A stretch of 64,000 nt of DNA from sequence record PZ452591.1, one strand, 5' to 3'. The translations under genes were made by a program, and so were the position numbers. Below are positions 1 through 10,560 of this stretch, in pieces. The stretch comes from a phage. Every line of letters starts with the position of its first letter. Within the stretch, counting starts at the first letter, position 1. The notes under the pieces were generated by a model. It was not told where the DNA came from. It was given only the letters and a program-made list of their open reading frames with translations, and ran no database searches.

Positions 1-1673
1 ATTTTACGGTTCAGCTGATTTGTGTTAGCAAGTGTAGCCGCTTTTTCACATTCTTCAATCAGACTATTGAGAACGGATTCGGTGTAATTCGATAGTTCAT
101 TTAAGAAATCATCACTGAACTTAACATATCGTTCAACTTCTGGTTTAGTTGAACAGGACCCTGCGCCTTTCATAATAATCTTTTTAATAGCTTCGGCATT
201 CATTTCTTCAGCGAACATTTTCTTTTTCCAATCTTTACGCTGGAAAAATACTTTAGCGATTTCCTTTGGAATGATACCTTCTTGATGCTTATCATACATC
301 CATCCATTCGGAGAACAAGAATATTCATCACTTGGTTTAGGAGCTGTTCCTGCGATATATTCATGAATTGGATGAACTTTAAACTGACCACGAATAGTCT
401 CAGGACTAATGTTAACCTGACGAATAATGCTCGGATACAGAGACGTCAAGTCAAAACTCATAATATATCGACGAGCAATTGGTTTAGGTTCAAATACAAA
501 TGCACCCGGAAAACTTTGTTTAACGTGCGAACCTTGTTGAGGAATAACCTTATGTTCACATTTCAATGAGTTAAAAATAATAGCATCCCAAGTTTTAATA
601 GGACTCATTACACCAGAAAAAGGCATTTTAGCGTAATAAGACATACTTAAAACTAGATCGATAAACCCGCGAATTTTATCAATTGCTTGAACTGATTCTA
701 CGTCAATGATGTTATAACTAATGTATCGTTGATGATTAGTCTCACGGAGTTTATTAATAGGACCGTCGTATGGTAATTTACCTTTTTTGGTTTCATGTTG
801 AGCAACTGATTCCAAAGAGAATGACGGCAAATTAGTAAAAGCGAATTTCTTGTACAAATCTAAATAATCAAGAATAGATACGCCATCAATAGAATAAATT
901 TCTTTGCTACCGTACATATTTTGAATTAGTTTAGATTTTACCCGACCGATTGGAGAGAAACGTTTCATACTGCGTTCACCTAGAATCATTTTAACGCGAT
1001 TCATGATATACGGAACGTCAAATCCCTCAATATTCCAACCAGTAAAAATAGCAGGTCGTTTCTGTTCCCAGAGATTGATATATTCCATGAGCATATCACG
1101 CTCATTATCGAATGGCATATAAATTACTCGGTCAAGAATTTCTTGAGGAACTTCATCACCACCTTCACAGTCAAGCTTAGCAGCTAACTTTGCATCCCAT
1201 TTTGATACTGAACCGTACATTGAATTCAAAAGGTCGAAAACATAAAAACGATCGTCAATTGAATCGTAATGAGTGATAGCATCAATTTCATATTCTGCTT
1301 TCATTGGGTCAGGAAATTTATCACCAGTAACCTCAATGTCACAGTTAGCTACACGAACAAATTTTCGGTCATAAACAATTTCTGAACCATACGTATCACT
1401 GATATAAGCGAGTTTAAAATCGTTCATACCAAGAGCTTCGAGACCGATGTCTTCCATTCGCTTCATCCAATCTCGAGCATCTTTCATTGATGGAAATTTT
1501 TGAGGAGCGCAATTTTTACCATAAATGTCTTTATACTTTGACTCTTCCTTACAATGCCTAAACATAGTCGGAAGATATTCTACTTCACGAGTACGTTCCT
1601 TTCCGTTTTCATCAATATAACGTTCAACAATGTTATTTCCGACTGTTTCAATAGAGATATAAAATTCTTTCAT
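1..1673 (-). CDS. 43: DNA polymerase gp43, N-terminal part (gene continues beyond window start)
   Basis: ATG at 1673; minus-strand translation starts MKEFYISIETVGNNIVER..., matching the T4 polymerase N-terminus as recalled; no listed stop to position 1. Confidence 0.9.
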   Translation of the reverse strand, partial: MKEFYISIETVGNNIVERYIDENGKERTREVEYLPTMFRHCKEESKYKDIYGKNCAPQKFPSMKDARDWMKRMEDIGLEALGMNDFKLAYISDTYGSEIVYDRKFVRVANCDIEVTGDKFPDPMKAEYEIDAITHYDSIDDRFYVFDLLNSMYGSVSKWDAKLAAKLDCEGGDEVPQEILDRVIYMPFDNERDMLMEYINLWEQKRPAIFTGWNIEGFDVPYIMNRVKMILGERSMKRFSPIGRVKSKLIQNMYGSKEIYSIDGVSILDYLDLYKKFAFTNLPSFSLESVAQHETKKGKLPYDGPINKLRETNHQRYISYNIIDVESVQAIDKIRGFIDLVLSMSYYAKMPFSGVMSPIKTWDAIIFNSLKCEHKVIPQQGSHVKQSFPGAFVFEPKPIARRYIMSFDLTSLYPSIIRQVNISPETIRGQFKVHPIHEYIAGTAPKPSDEYSCSPNGWMYDKHQEGIIPKEIAKVFFQRKDWKKKMFAEEMNAEAIKKIIMKGAGSCSTKPEVERYVKFSDDFLNELSNYTESVLNSLIEECEKAATLANTNQLNRK

Positions 1674-1733
1674 AGATATTCCTTAGTTTATAGCCCGAGT
1701 TATTAGGCTCTTGATATATTATACTCCAAATAA

Positions 1734-1747
1734 GGGGCCGAAGCCCC
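1734..1747 (-). terminator. UUCG-tetraloop hairpin
   Basis: GGGGC-UUCG-GCCCC on minus strand between regA and gene 43. Confidence 0.35.
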
Positions 1748-1751
1748 TTGC

Positions 1752-2120
1752 TTAATTACCAATCGTATATTTAGGAACGAGTTTCCATTCATGTTTTTGT
1801 TTAAAAGAAATAACTCGGAAGTTATTAGTTAAATCTTTCATAAAAGTTCTTTGACCAGGAACGATTTCAATCAGTCCCCAATCTTCTAACAACCATGCAA
1901 TCGAATCACGACGAACTTCATCTTCTTCTGTCATTTCAACTTGGCGACCATCCATACGAAGCATTTCTTTAAAATGAACGATATAGTATAGTCCTTTTTT
2001 CTGAAGAATATGACAGGACTGATACAGAACTTTATCTTTATTATTAGCAATTCCCATACGAGTCAAAGTTTCTTTTACTTTCAGAAAATCTTCAGGTTTT
2101 TTAAGAGTAATTTCAATCAT
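1752..2120 (-). CDS. regA: translational repressor RegA
   Basis: 122 aa, MIEITLKKPEDFLKVKETLTRMGIANN...; size and sequence fit T4 RegA; sits between 43 and 62. Confidence 0.9.
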   Translation of the reverse strand: MIEITLKKPEDFLKVKETLTRMGIANNKDKVLYQSCHILQKKGLYYIVHFKEMLRMDGRQVEMTEEDEVRRDSIAWLLEDWGLIEIVPGQRTFMKDLTNNFRVISFKQKHEWKLVPKYTIGN

Positions 2121-2121
2121 T

Positions 2122-2685
2122 TTACCATTCCAATGCTAGTTTTTTGAGTTGTTTCTGTTCTTTTACGTTCTTAGTCACTTCTTTCAAAAAATCATCCGTG
2201 ACTAAACCTTTTAGTTCTTTTAATACTAAAGGAAGTTTTCCATTTTTAGTAAGAATTGATTTATAGTTAATTGCATCATTTGTATTAACTTGATACCGCT
2301 TAGCAAGTAACTTAATAATCAATACTTCGGTGGAATCTTCAACCAATTTTGCCCATTTACCATATCTTTTACCACGAGGAACTGCAGCCATTAGATAATT
2401 AAAATGAGATTCATCACTTAATCCAGAACCGATTAAATTCATTGCATATACAGCTGGCATGCACTCTGGAAATTGTGATAATGCATTTTCAACCATGAAT
2501 TTTGAATAATCTTTTTGAGCAATAGAGCATTTAGTTTTATTATTAATAGCTCCAATTATTTCAAAAAATTCATTTTCAGCTTTTTCCTTAAAAGAATCAG
2601 CAGCGGATTGGACAGCTGTCCAATCTTTTGAATACCAAGCAATCTGATGCTCGTTTAATTGAATATCATCTTCAAATAAGCTCAT
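2122..2685 (-). CDS. 62: clamp loader small subunit gp62
   Basis: 187 aa, directly upstream-coupled to gene 44; T4 synteny. Confidence 0.85.
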   Translation of the reverse strand: MSLFEDDIQLNEHQIAWYSKDWTAVQSAADSFKEKAENEFFEIIGAINNKTKCSIAQKDYSKFMVENALSQFPECMPAVYAMNLIGSGLSDESHFNYLMAAVPRGKRYGKWAKLVEDSTEVLIIKLLAKRYQVNTNDAINYKSILTKNGKLPLVLKELKGLVTDDFLKEVTKNVKEQKQLKKLALEW

Positions 2686-2686
2686 A

Positions 2687-3646
2687 TCACTTCCACTGCA
2701 TTTCGCATGCTAATTGAATGAAAAGATAAGCTAGATGCAATTCAGTATTAGCTGCAATACCATGATACTGATTATTTTCACCGACAATTTCGTACATACG
2801 AATAATACTCTGTGGAGTTACACGTGAATAGATTTCTTCGGCAAGTTTACCAACGAACCACGAATAATCAGCTGCATATTTTGGTGCTAAAGCTCTGAGT
2901 TGTTTAACATCTTTATTTTTGAGAGACTCAAGAACATCATCAATAGCACCACGATCGTTAGTAACCAGTGATAAAATACCAGCATCCAAAACACCTTTAG
3001 ATGAATAACTATCGAGCTCGCCAATAGTTTTACGAAAATCAGGAAAATTCTTTTTAACCAAAGCTGCTACAACTTTCATATCAGCTATAGCAATTCCTTC
3101 ATGCTTGCAGATTTCAGTCAATCGACGAATCATCTGCTTCATCATTTCAATTTTATCTTCATCAGTTGGTTGACCGAATGTAATAACTCGGCAGCGTGAC
3201 TGAAGTGGTTTAATAATACCATCAATATTGTTAGCAGTAATAATAATACTACAGTTTGAACTATAAGCTTCCATAAAGGAACGAAGATGTCGCTGAGACT
3301 CTGCTAACCCTGAACGGTCAAATTCATCAATAACGATTACTTTTTGTCGACCATCAAATGAAGCTGCACTAGCAAAATTAGTCAAAGGACCACGAACGAA
3401 ATCAATTTTACAGTCTGACCCATTCACAAACATCATATCAGCATTTACATCATGACACAATGCTTTTGCTACAGTTGTTTTACCTGTTCCTGGAGAAGGA
3501 GAATGAAGAATAATATGTGGAATCTTACCTTTACTTGTAATAGATTTAAAGGTTTCTTTATCAAAGGCGGGAAGAATACATTCATCGATAGTAGATGGAC
3601 GATATTTCTGTTCAAGAATGTGTTCTTTTTCATTTACGGTAATCAT
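2687..3646 (-). CDS. 44: clamp loader large subunit gp44 (AAA+ ATPase)
   Basis: Walker [10 protein letters not shown]; track ORF starts at TTG 3661, but ATG at 3646 has SD GAGGAAA and gives 319 aa. Confidence 0.9.
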
Positions 3647-3681
3647 AATTTCCTCATTCAAGTTTTAGTGTAAATTATAAA

Positions 3682-3693
3682 GGGCCGAAGCCC
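3682..3693 (-). terminator. UUCG-tetraloop hairpin
   Basis: GGGC-UUCG-GCCC on minus strand between genes 45 and 44. Confidence 0.3.
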
Positions 3694-3697
3694 TCTA

Positions 3698-4384
3698 TTA
3701 AAAATCGTGGGTAGAATCAGCTTCAAGAGCTACTACATAATTCGCATGTTCACCTTCAAATTTAGCAGCACCTTGTTTACCTTTTGCCCAGAGCAGAAGT
3801 TTATAATTTCCTGGTTGCATTTTCATATTTGCCATATTGATAATGAAATTAAATGTATTTTCACCATCATAATCACCAAGAGTCAAAGAATATTTAACAC
3901 GGGTCAGAGCAGAATCTTCTACTTTATTAAAACCGTTAATTACGATTTTACCTTCTTTTACCGTGATAGCAATTGTATCAATTTGCAGACCACGAGATAC
4001 ACGCAACAGTTGTTGAAGGTCTTCAGCTTTAATTTCAGTAACAACAGATGCTACCGGGAATGGAATTGGTTTATTAGGAGCAACTACTGTACTCGGATCG
4101 GCTGCTGGCCAAAAAATTGTTGAGCGGGCATCAGCAATTTTAATATTTCCATCTTCTGACTGGGAAATTTCTGCATCATCATTAACTAGAGACAGAATAC
4201 CGAGAAAACCGTTCAAATCGTAAATCGCTACATCAAAATCAATAACGTCAGAAATATTTGCTTCCGCATAAGTTGTACCATTAACTGCGCGAGTCATAAT
4301 AAATTGACCGGATTTAAGCATAATACCGGAGTTAATAGTAGCGAAATTTTTAAGCAAAGCAGTAGTATCTTTAGACAGTTTCAT
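3698..4384 (-). CDS. 45: sliding clamp gp45
   Basis: 228 aa, T4 size and synteny downstream of 44/62. Confidence 0.9.
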   Translation of the reverse strand: MKLSKDTTALLKNFATINSGIMLKSGQFIMTRAVNGTTYAEANISDVIDFDVAIYDLNGFLGILSLVNDDAEISQSEDGNIKIADARSTIFWPAADPSTVVAPNKPIPFPVASVVTEIKAEDLQQLLRVSRGLQIDTIAITVKEGKIVINGFNKVEDSALTRVKYSLTLGDYDGENTFNFIINMANMKMQPGNYKLLLWAKGKQGAAKFEGEHANYVVALEADSTHDF

Positions 4385-4439
4385 GTAATTTCCTTCAATT
4401 CAAATGAGATTTAATTTTATAACTAATTTAATAAAGCAA

Positions 4440-4829
4440 TTAACGATTAAAATCAGCCGCAATTGTTTCCGCAACAATTTGAGCAGCAACAATTAGACGT
4501 TCATCTGCATTACCGCAATAATCATCTTCAAGGCGTTCACCACATGAAGTCATAATAAATTTAGCACCGGCGTTTAGGGATTCTGTAGTATGTTTGCGCA
4601 TTAGTTCAATCCATTTATTACTTACTTCACGATCGATAGCTTCATAATACGCATGACGAGCAGGTGCAGATTTAATTTTATTCTGAATAACTTCCATTGC
4701 GTTATCAGAAAGAGACAAAACCCATGCTCGACGAATTTTATTTTGGTTTTGTGGATTTGATTCAGAACGCACGTGTTTTGGCTGAATATCTTTTACATCA
4801 ACGTTATAATTCACAGTAATTTTAGTCAT
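4440..4829 (-). CDS. rpbA: RNA polymerase binding protein RpbA
   Basis: 129 aa ORF at the T4 rpbA position between 45 and 46. Confidence 0.7.
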   Translation of the reverse strand: MTKITVNYNVDVKDIQPKHVRSESNPQNQNKIRRAWVLSLSDNAMEVIQNKIKSAPARHAYYEAIDREVSNKWIELMRKHTTESLNAGAKFIMTSCGERLEDDYCGNADERLIVAAQIVAETIAADFNR

Positions 4830-4838
4830 AATACACCT

Positions 4839-5027
4839 TTAGTCATAATAATCAGTAACAGTCCAAGCTTCATTTCTATTGGACATTATTTTTGTATATT
4901 CTGCTTTAAATGCATTCCTAAGCATAGATTCAGTAACTATATGCTCTTCATTAGAAAAATTATTTCTCAGAATATATCGTTTTATTTCAGGAATAGTTAA
5001 TAGATGCTGTCCAGTTGAATATTCCAT
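4839..5027 (-). CDS. small hypothetical protein (T4 45.2 position)
   Basis: 62-aa ORF between rpbA and gene 46. Confidence 0.45.
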   Translation of the reverse strand: MEYSTGQHLLTIPEIKRYILRNNFSNEEHIVTESMLRNAFKAEYTKIMSNRNEAWTVTDYYD

Positions 5028-5082
5028 GTTTTTCCTCCATAGAGATTATACTCTAATAAATTAAAGCATAATCTCTTATAAA

Positions 5083-6765
5083 TTAAACCATTACAGTAAA
5101 TCGACCAACTTTCTTCATTTGAAGATGCTGACCATATTCTTGCGGGTCATGGTCTTTATGCGAAATTATAAAAACATTAGTGTTTTTCATTGAATTTATA
5201 ATATTAGCTACACCTTTAATACCTTCGGCATCAAATGACCCATCAAACACTTCATCGAGTATTAATGTACTAATACTAACACCAGATACAATAGAAGCAA
5301 TATCACGCCAAGTAAATAAAAGAGCAATATCAATTCTTGCTTTTTCACCTTCACTAAATGAAGCATAACTAAAATCTTCGCGACCACGGGATTTAATTGT
5401 CTCATTAAATTCTTCATCTAATGTAAACACATAATCCGCTTCCATTATTTTAAGATAATGGTTAATCTGCTTATTAAATAATGGAATGTACTTTTTAATA
5501 ATAGCACCTTTAATGCCAGAATCTTTGAGCATATCAGTCAAAATTCCTCGGTGGTATTTTTCCATTACTAAATTAGTTTTTGTCTTAACAATTTTATCAA
5601 GTTCTTCTTGAAGCAGTGCTATTTCATCAGCATGGTCAATAAACTCAGAAGATGCTTTTTCTATAGCCGCTTTAACTTTTTTAGCTTTATCTACCGTTGT
5701 GATTAGAGATTGCTTTTTATTGCGAATATCATTTGCCAACGACTGCTGGGTTTTAATATTATCTCGGTATTCATCAACAAGAACTTTTAAATTATCACGA
5801 TGTGTTGAAAGCTGTTCAAACGAATGCGTGCATTCAGAAACTTTATCTTTAATTTTAGAAACAACTTTATCACCGGAACTCAATTGTGACAAACAGGTTG
5901 GACATAATCCACCTTCGTGATACATATTAATGACTTTATTATATGAGTCAATTTTTGATTTAATTAAAACTGCTTCTTGACCGATTTTATTAAATGCATC
6001 AGTCGGGTCTTCATCTAAAACAATATTAACTAATCTTTCATTAGCTTCTTCTATTTCCGATTTTAGCGTTCTAGCTTCTTTTGCCAAATCATCATACATA
6101 TTTTGCAGACGAGTAAGGTTGTCACCCGTTAATTTTTTCTGGCGTTCAACGTTATCATTATATATTTTAATTTGTTGGATAATACTATCTTTTTTAACAT
6201 CAAGCACTTGGTTTTGTGAATTTAATTCGCGTATTAGTGCTTTATTAAGCTTATCCATTTCAGCTAATGTTCCTACCTCGAGCAGGTCTTCCACAAGCTT
6301 TCTTCGCGCAGGGGTCGACAAACCCATGAAAGGGGTATACCCTGCTGTACCAAGGACAACAATCTGCTTGAAACTGGCATATGACATTCCGATAAGCTGT
6401 TCAAATTCTGCTTGGAAATCTTTACTGCTGGCAGATTCATTAAGACGTGTACCGTTAACGGTGATTTCGAAAACGTTCGGTTTTTGTCCTCTTTTGATAT
6501 AGTACTTTTTCTCATCATATTCCATCCACAGTTCAACTAAAAGTTCTTTCTTATTTGTGCTGTTTATTAATTGACCTTTCTTTACATCACGAAATGGCTT
6601 GCCAAAAAGCCCAAATGTGATGGCTTCTAACATAGTAGACTTACCACCGCCATTTCGGCCAGTAATAAGAGTTTTTTGAACCTTATCTAATTGAATGTCA
6701 ATAGGATTTCCACCTACTGACATTATATTTTGATACCTAACTCGGTTTAGTTTAAAATTCTTCAC
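5083..6765 (-). CDS. 46: recombination nuclease subunit gp46 (Rad50/SbcC-like ATPase)
   Basis: 560 aa, Walker A GRNGGGKST, long central coiled coil, C-terminal signature/D-loop region; stop overlaps upstream gene. Confidence 0.9.
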   Translation of the reverse strand: MKNFKLNRVRYQNIMSVGGNPIDIQLDKVQKTLITGRNGGGKSTMLEAITFGLFGKPFRDVKKGQLINSTNKKELLVELWMEYDEKKYYIKRGQKPNVFEITVNGTRLNESASSKDFQAEFEQLIGMSYASFKQIVVLGTAGYTPFMGLSTPARRKLVEDLLEVGTLAEMDKLNKALIRELNSQNQVLDVKKDSIIQQIKIYNDNVERQKKLTGDNLTRLQNMYDDLAKEARTLKSEIEEANERLVNIVLDEDPTDAFNKIGQEAVLIKSKIDSYNKVINMYHEGGLCPTCLSQLSSGDKVVSKIKDKVSECTHSFEQLSTHRDNLKVLVDEYRDNIKTQQSLANDIRNKKQSLITTVDKAKKVKAAIEKASSEFIDHADEIALLQEELDKIVKTKTNLVMEKYHRGILTDMLKDSGIKGAIIKKYIPLFNKQINHYLKIMEADYVFTLDEEFNETIKSRGREDFSYASFSEGEKARIDIALLFTWRDIASIVSGVSISTLILDEVFDGSFDAEGIKGVANIINSMKNTNVFIISHKDHDPQEYGQHLQMKKVGRFTVMV

Positions 6766-7025
6766 AAAAGATTCCTTTTAATGTATCTTTTAGACCATTC
6801 TATCATATCATCATAATCTAAAAAGTATTCATCAAATTCAGCCATGCAAACAACACCTTGTGCTGTTTTTGATGTAATATAAATTATTCCAACATATCTA
6901 GAATCTTCTTCGATATAATCAATATTTGCTATGAATTCATCATTAATGTCAAATGTCGAAAACTTCACAGTATGCATCCTTAATACAAGATACAGCCATA
7001 TCTCGTAATGATTTAGGTGTGTCAT
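6762..7025 (-). CDS. hypothetical protein (46.1 position)
   Basis: 87-aa ORF; stop overlaps gene 46 start (ATGA); start uncertain (alternative M17 at 6977). Confidence 0.5.
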   Translation of the reverse strand: MTHLNHYEIWLYLVLRMHTVKFSTFDINDEFIANIDYIEEDSRYVGIIYITSKTAQGVVCMAEFDEYFLDYDDMIEWSKRYIKRNLL

Positions 7026-7212
7026 TATCTAAAATGTTGAAGTTAAAAGATACAGCCCAGTCAGTGCAGACTGTAACCTTTTTAATACAATTATCTTCAA
7101 CTTCTAGCGGTTCAAACCAGTATTCAATAATTTCTTTATGACCAATATCATCTTTCACTTCACATTTAAAATGCTGACTCATCATAACATTTTTAAATTC
7201 ATCAAAAGTCAT
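6949..7212 (-). CDS. hypothetical protein (46.2 position)
   Basis: 87-aa ORF coupled to gene 47 stop. Confidence 0.5.
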   Translation of the reverse strand: MTFDEFKNVMMSQHFKCEVKDDIGHKEIIEYWFEPLEVEDNCIKKVTVCTDWAVSFNFNILDNDTPKSLRDMAVSCIKDAYCEVFDI

Positions 7213-8228
7213 TGTGTTGCCTCTACATATAGCTGATTTGCATATTGAATAAGTGCTTCACGATCAGAATCAGTGATGTCTGGAATTGCATTAATGTATT
7301 CTTCCATCAACGTCTGAAGCGATTGAACTTCAACTTCTTCACTGTCATCTGACTCGACAGAGTTATCAATCTTTGACACAACTCGTAATGAATGCACAAC
7401 TTTTTCTAGTTCAGATTCGAACTTCGTCAGATTTTTGTCTACTTCAGTTACTATAACACATACTGATAGATTTGTAAAATCTTTATAGTCAATTTTTCCT
7501 TTAAATGGATAATGAATTCTACGATGCCAGGTAGTATTGTTTGGAATAAATTCCATTCGTTCTGTTTCTGTATCAAACATCCAGAACCCACGAGGGTCAT
7601 TCTCGTCACCTGCAGTTAGTGTCCATGGTGTCCCAATATATCTGACGTTTGCAGCCTCAGAAATAGTATGGAAGTGACCAGACCACACTTCTTTATAAGT
7701 CTTAAGGAAATCAGGTTCAAGACCGTGAGATTTCATTCCTTTATAAAAATAAAATCCATTCAGTTCCCAGTGACCGACACAAAAAGAAGCAGATGAAGTT
7801 TTGATGTGCTCAAGAATTTCACCAGTATTTTCTTCGCACATCCAAGGAATCAAATCAATCAAACATCCGTCAAAATCTACTGTAGTAGGCTTATCATATA
7901 CTTTAACATTAGGATATTTAGCCAAAAGCTCAGTAGAGGCATTTGGATGCATTACATTTTTATAGTGGAGATCGTGATTTCCTACAATAGTATGTAATGT
8001 AATTCCAGCATCATCAAGCGTTTGAACTATTTCACGGGCGAACTCCATAGTTTTGTGTGTGATTGCTTTTCGCACATCAAAAATATCACCATATTGAATC
8101 CAGGTAGTAATTCCATTTTTCTTAGAATATTCTATTGCTTGTTTAATTCCATCAATTTGAATACCGCGAATCCACTCATCATCAGCTTTAACGCCTAAAT
8201 GCCAATCACCTAAATTTAAAATTTTCAT
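7209..8228 (-). CDS. 47: recombination nuclease subunit gp47 (Mre11/SbcD-like phosphoesterase)
   Basis: 339 aa, motifs GDWHLG, GNHD, GHWE typical of calcineurin-like nucleases. Confidence 0.9.
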   Translation of the reverse strand: MKILNLGDWHLGVKADDEWIRGIQIDGIKQAIEYSKKNGITTWIQYGDIFDVRKAITHKTMEFAREIVQTLDDAGITLHTIVGNHDLHYKNVMHPNASTELLAKYPNVKVYDKPTTVDFDGCLIDLIPWMCEENTGEILEHIKTSSASFCVGHWELNGFYFYKGMKSHGLEPDFLKTYKEVWSGHFHTISEAANVRYIGTPWTLTAGDENDPRGFWMFDTETERMEFIPNNTTWHRRIHYPFKGKIDYKDFTNLSVCVIVTEVDKNLTKFESELEKVVHSLRVVSKIDNSVESDDSEEVEVQSLQTLMEEYINAIPDITDSDREALIQYANQLYVEATQ

Positions 8229-8365
8229 ATATCAAGAACCGTCATTGAAATGCAAAATAAAATTATTGAAATAAATCCATCTGGAGTACTAAAGAACCCA
8301 ATCCAACATGCTCTAGTGAATAGATAAAATGCAAGAAAAAGTATCACATATCCAAGAAATATCAT
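8225..8365 (-). CDS. small hydrophobic protein (46 aa), not in ORF track
   Basis: Hand translation MIFLGYVILFLAFYLFTRACWIGFF...; stop overlaps gene 47 ATG (ATGA coupling). Confidence 0.3.
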   Translation of the reverse strand: MIFLGYVILFLAFYLFTRACWIGFFSTPDGFISIILFCISMTVLDI

Positions 8366-8391
8366 TATATCAAACTCCGTATAAAGCTAAA

Positions 8392-8403
8392 GGGCCGAAG
8401 CCC
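8392..8403 (-). terminator. UUCG-tetraloop hairpin
   Basis: GGGC-UUCG-GCCC on minus strand directly after the a-gt stop. Confidence 0.35.
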
Positions 8404-8404
8404 T

Positions 8405-9607
8405 TTATTTTGTAATAATGTCAAACTGTTCTTTAAAGCAGAAGCTTGAATCTTGATGCTGATACAAAAATTCATATGCTTTTTCTCGCTCACGGTCATA
8501 AAGAGCTCGGTCAGATGACAGTTCTTTAATACGTTCAAATGTTGATTCCATGTCATTTTCATCAAACCAAATGATACCGCTATCATGCGAGGTCAAAGGA
8601 GTATTATCAACACGGAATTTCAAATTATCACCCGTTGATTTCCAGAAAACAGGAATTGTACCGCAAGCACCTAATTCAAGATGAGTATATTCGAGTGAGC
8701 GTTGTAAGTATTTCTGGTTAAGTTTACTCAACTGATATCCAAAGCCAGATTTACTCATTCGTTCAAGCATTTCACTATTAATATAACAATCTAGGATTTG
8801 TGCCGGTTGATTCGGCGCGAGATTCATTTTATCAATCTCACGATTACCGTAATATTCATACGGAATACCTTTTTCCTTAATTGCAATAAAAGCAGGGGAA
8901 CGTTCAAGACCTTCCATTACAGTGGATTTACCAGCAGGTTTTAAGAATTTTTCGTGAAAATCAAACATCTGGTAAAAACCTTTCCATGTAGTCGTACGAC
9001 CAATCCAACGGTTGATATTCATGTTAATTTCAGAAACATCTTTCCAATAAGTTGACCGAACCTTCGCAATATCCATAGGAGGCTGAAAATTATATACTGT
9101 TGGTGCTTCTTCAATATCATCAAACAGAGAAACAGTTTCTGGATACCATTCTTTCATCAGAACTTTATTAAAATCGCCATTATCAGAATGACTAAAAATA
9201 ACATCAGCTCGACGAACAGTTTCTTCTAATCCCAAATTTCGACGCAAAGAAAGAACAGAATGATCATGCTGATAAACTACAACACGAATAGAAGGTTTAA
9301 TATTATCTAAAAGTTTTTTATAGTTATTAATCGTGGCTTCTTGAACAGAAGTAGCAGGAACAGAATTAATAATTAGAATATCACAATCATTAATCAGTTT
9401 AAGTGCTTTATCGTATTCTTTAGCTAAAATAACTGGAATTGAAAATGATTTGTGGTCATGAGAACTTGTACGAGTAAATGATTTATCTTTAGCATAAACC
9501 AAAGTTACTTCATGACCATTTTTAATAAACCAATCACGCTGCTCAAGAGAAAATTTAGTTACACCGCAACCTTCAAGACCCCGAGCCATAAAAATACATA
9601 CTTTCAT
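8405..9607 (-). CDS. a-gt: DNA alpha-glucosyltransferase
   Basis: 400 aa, same length and position as T4 a-gt; glycosyltransferase-like. Confidence 0.8.
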   Translation of the reverse strand: MKVCIFMARGLEGCGVTKFSLEQRDWFIKNGHEVTLVYAKDKSFTRTSSHDHKSFSIPVILAKEYDKALKLINDCDILIINSVPATSVQEATINNYKKLLDNIKPSIRVVVYQHDHSVLSLRRNLGLEETVRRADVIFSHSDNGDFNKVLMKEWYPETVSLFDDIEEAPTVYNFQPPMDIAKVRSTYWKDVSEINMNINRWIGRTTTWKGFYQMFDFHEKFLKPAGKSTVMEGLERSPAFIAIKEKGIPYEYYGNREIDKMNLAPNQPAQILDCYINSEMLERMSKSGFGYQLSKLNQKYLQRSLEYTHLELGACGTIPVFWKSTGDNLKFRVDNTPLTSHDSGIIWFDENDMESTFERIKELSSDRALYDREREKAYEFLYQHQDSSFCFKEQFDIITK

Positions 9608-9660
9608 TTAATATCCTCTTTGTTTTGGTTTATTTTACCAAAAATTTATAAAGCAATATA

Positions 9661-9674
9661 GGAGCCGAAGCTCC
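9661..9674 (-). terminator. UUCG-tetraloop hairpin
   Basis: GGAGC-UUCG-GCUCC on minus strand directly after a small ORF stop. Confidence 0.35.
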
Positions 9675-9847
9675 TATCCGCATAATACGCCATACAAAGG
9701 CTCATTAGAGCTTCTAAATTTTATGCGCTTATATGTTATAGTTCCTTCTGCTTTAGCTTTATCGTAAGACTCTTTAAAGCGTCTCATCATTTCCTCTTTA
9801 GAGGAACGAATTTTATTATAATCTATTTCAGAAGTCTGGATGTTCAT
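9674..9847 (-). CDS. small hypothetical protein (57 aa), not in ORF track
   Basis: Hand translation MNIQTSEIDYNKIRSSKEEMMRRFKESYDK...; stop abuts a UUCG hairpin. Confidence 0.3.
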   Translation of the reverse strand: MNIQTSEIDYNKIRSSKEEMMRRFKESYDKAKAEGTITYKRIKFRSSNEPLYGVLCG

Positions 9848-9850
9848 CTT

Positions 9851-10057
9851 TCACAGTTGCCACCATTTTTTGACTTGATAAGAATCAACCCACACTTTCA
9901 TATTAGGGTCTGCTCTTACAATAGGAGGATTAACTTCTTTAATTGAACTATCATGGTATTCTTTTTCAGAAATTTTCACACAAAGATGACCATTCAAAGA
10001 TTCAGTAAATCCTGCATTAATTTTAAGACGCTTGAATTTTACGTGTGTAAGCATCAA
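9851..10057 (-). CDS. hypothetical protein
   Basis: 68-aa ORF in the a-gt to 55 interval. Confidence 0.4.
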   Translation of the reverse strand: MMLTHVKFKRLKINAGFTESLNGHLCVKISEKEYHDSSIKEVNPPIVRADPNMKVWVDSYQVKKWWQL

Positions 10058-10340
10058 TCATATCCTCAATCTGCGATCTAGTAGTCTTCCAAAGAATACT
10101 AATGAGTTCATCGTTATATGGCTGTTTTAGAATATCCCGACTTTTCTTGATAGCATATTCGTATTGAGCAAAATTATTATTTTCAGCTGCAATCTGAGCG
10201 TGCTTATAAAGACGATTCAGTTCGCGTTTGTTTTTAGACAATAACTTATTTGCTTTTCTTTCTGCTTCAAGACGGTTCTTTTCTTCAATAGAAGAAATAA
10301 GCTTTTCCACTTCATCATTAATTTCGGGTTTATCAGTCAT
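10023..10340 (-). CDS. hypothetical protein
   Basis: 105-aa charged helical ORF. Confidence 0.5.
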   Translation of the reverse strand: MTDKPEINDEVEKLISSIEEKNRLEAERKANKLLSKNKRELNRLYKHAQIAAENNNFAQYEYAIKKSRDILKQPYNDELISILWKTTRSQIEDMIDAYTRKIQAS

Positions 10341-10341
10341 A

Positions 10342-10560
10342 TTATTTCTCTAATATAAAATAAAAATCATCATCTGTTAAATGATACCGATAGTTTAATT
10401 CTACACCATTAGATTTAAAAGCAGTATCATACGGATTTTCTGGATCAATATCAATGTCAAGAGCTAAAACTTCCCTGAGATACATTTTAAGTAAATAGGG
10501 AATAGCTTCAACTTCAGGTATTTCTTCCAAGAATCCGGAGAGGTTAATCGTTAGCCTCAT
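10342..10560 (-). CDS. hypothetical protein
   Basis: 72-aa ORF, stop overlaps gene 55. Confidence 0.5.

Noticed and set aside
282-569. Plus-strand ORFs listed inside the minus-strand early genes (e.g. 282-569, 3452-3673, 3707-4123, 4773-5000, 5699-5920, 6119-6502, 18679-18915, 19189-19595, 24605-24844, 32617-32829, 33802-34185, 34140-34394)
   Set aside because: All lie antisense to, or in alternative frames within, well-supported genes; low-complexity translations with no motifs or ribosome binding sites. Treated as chance ORFs in AT-rich DNA.
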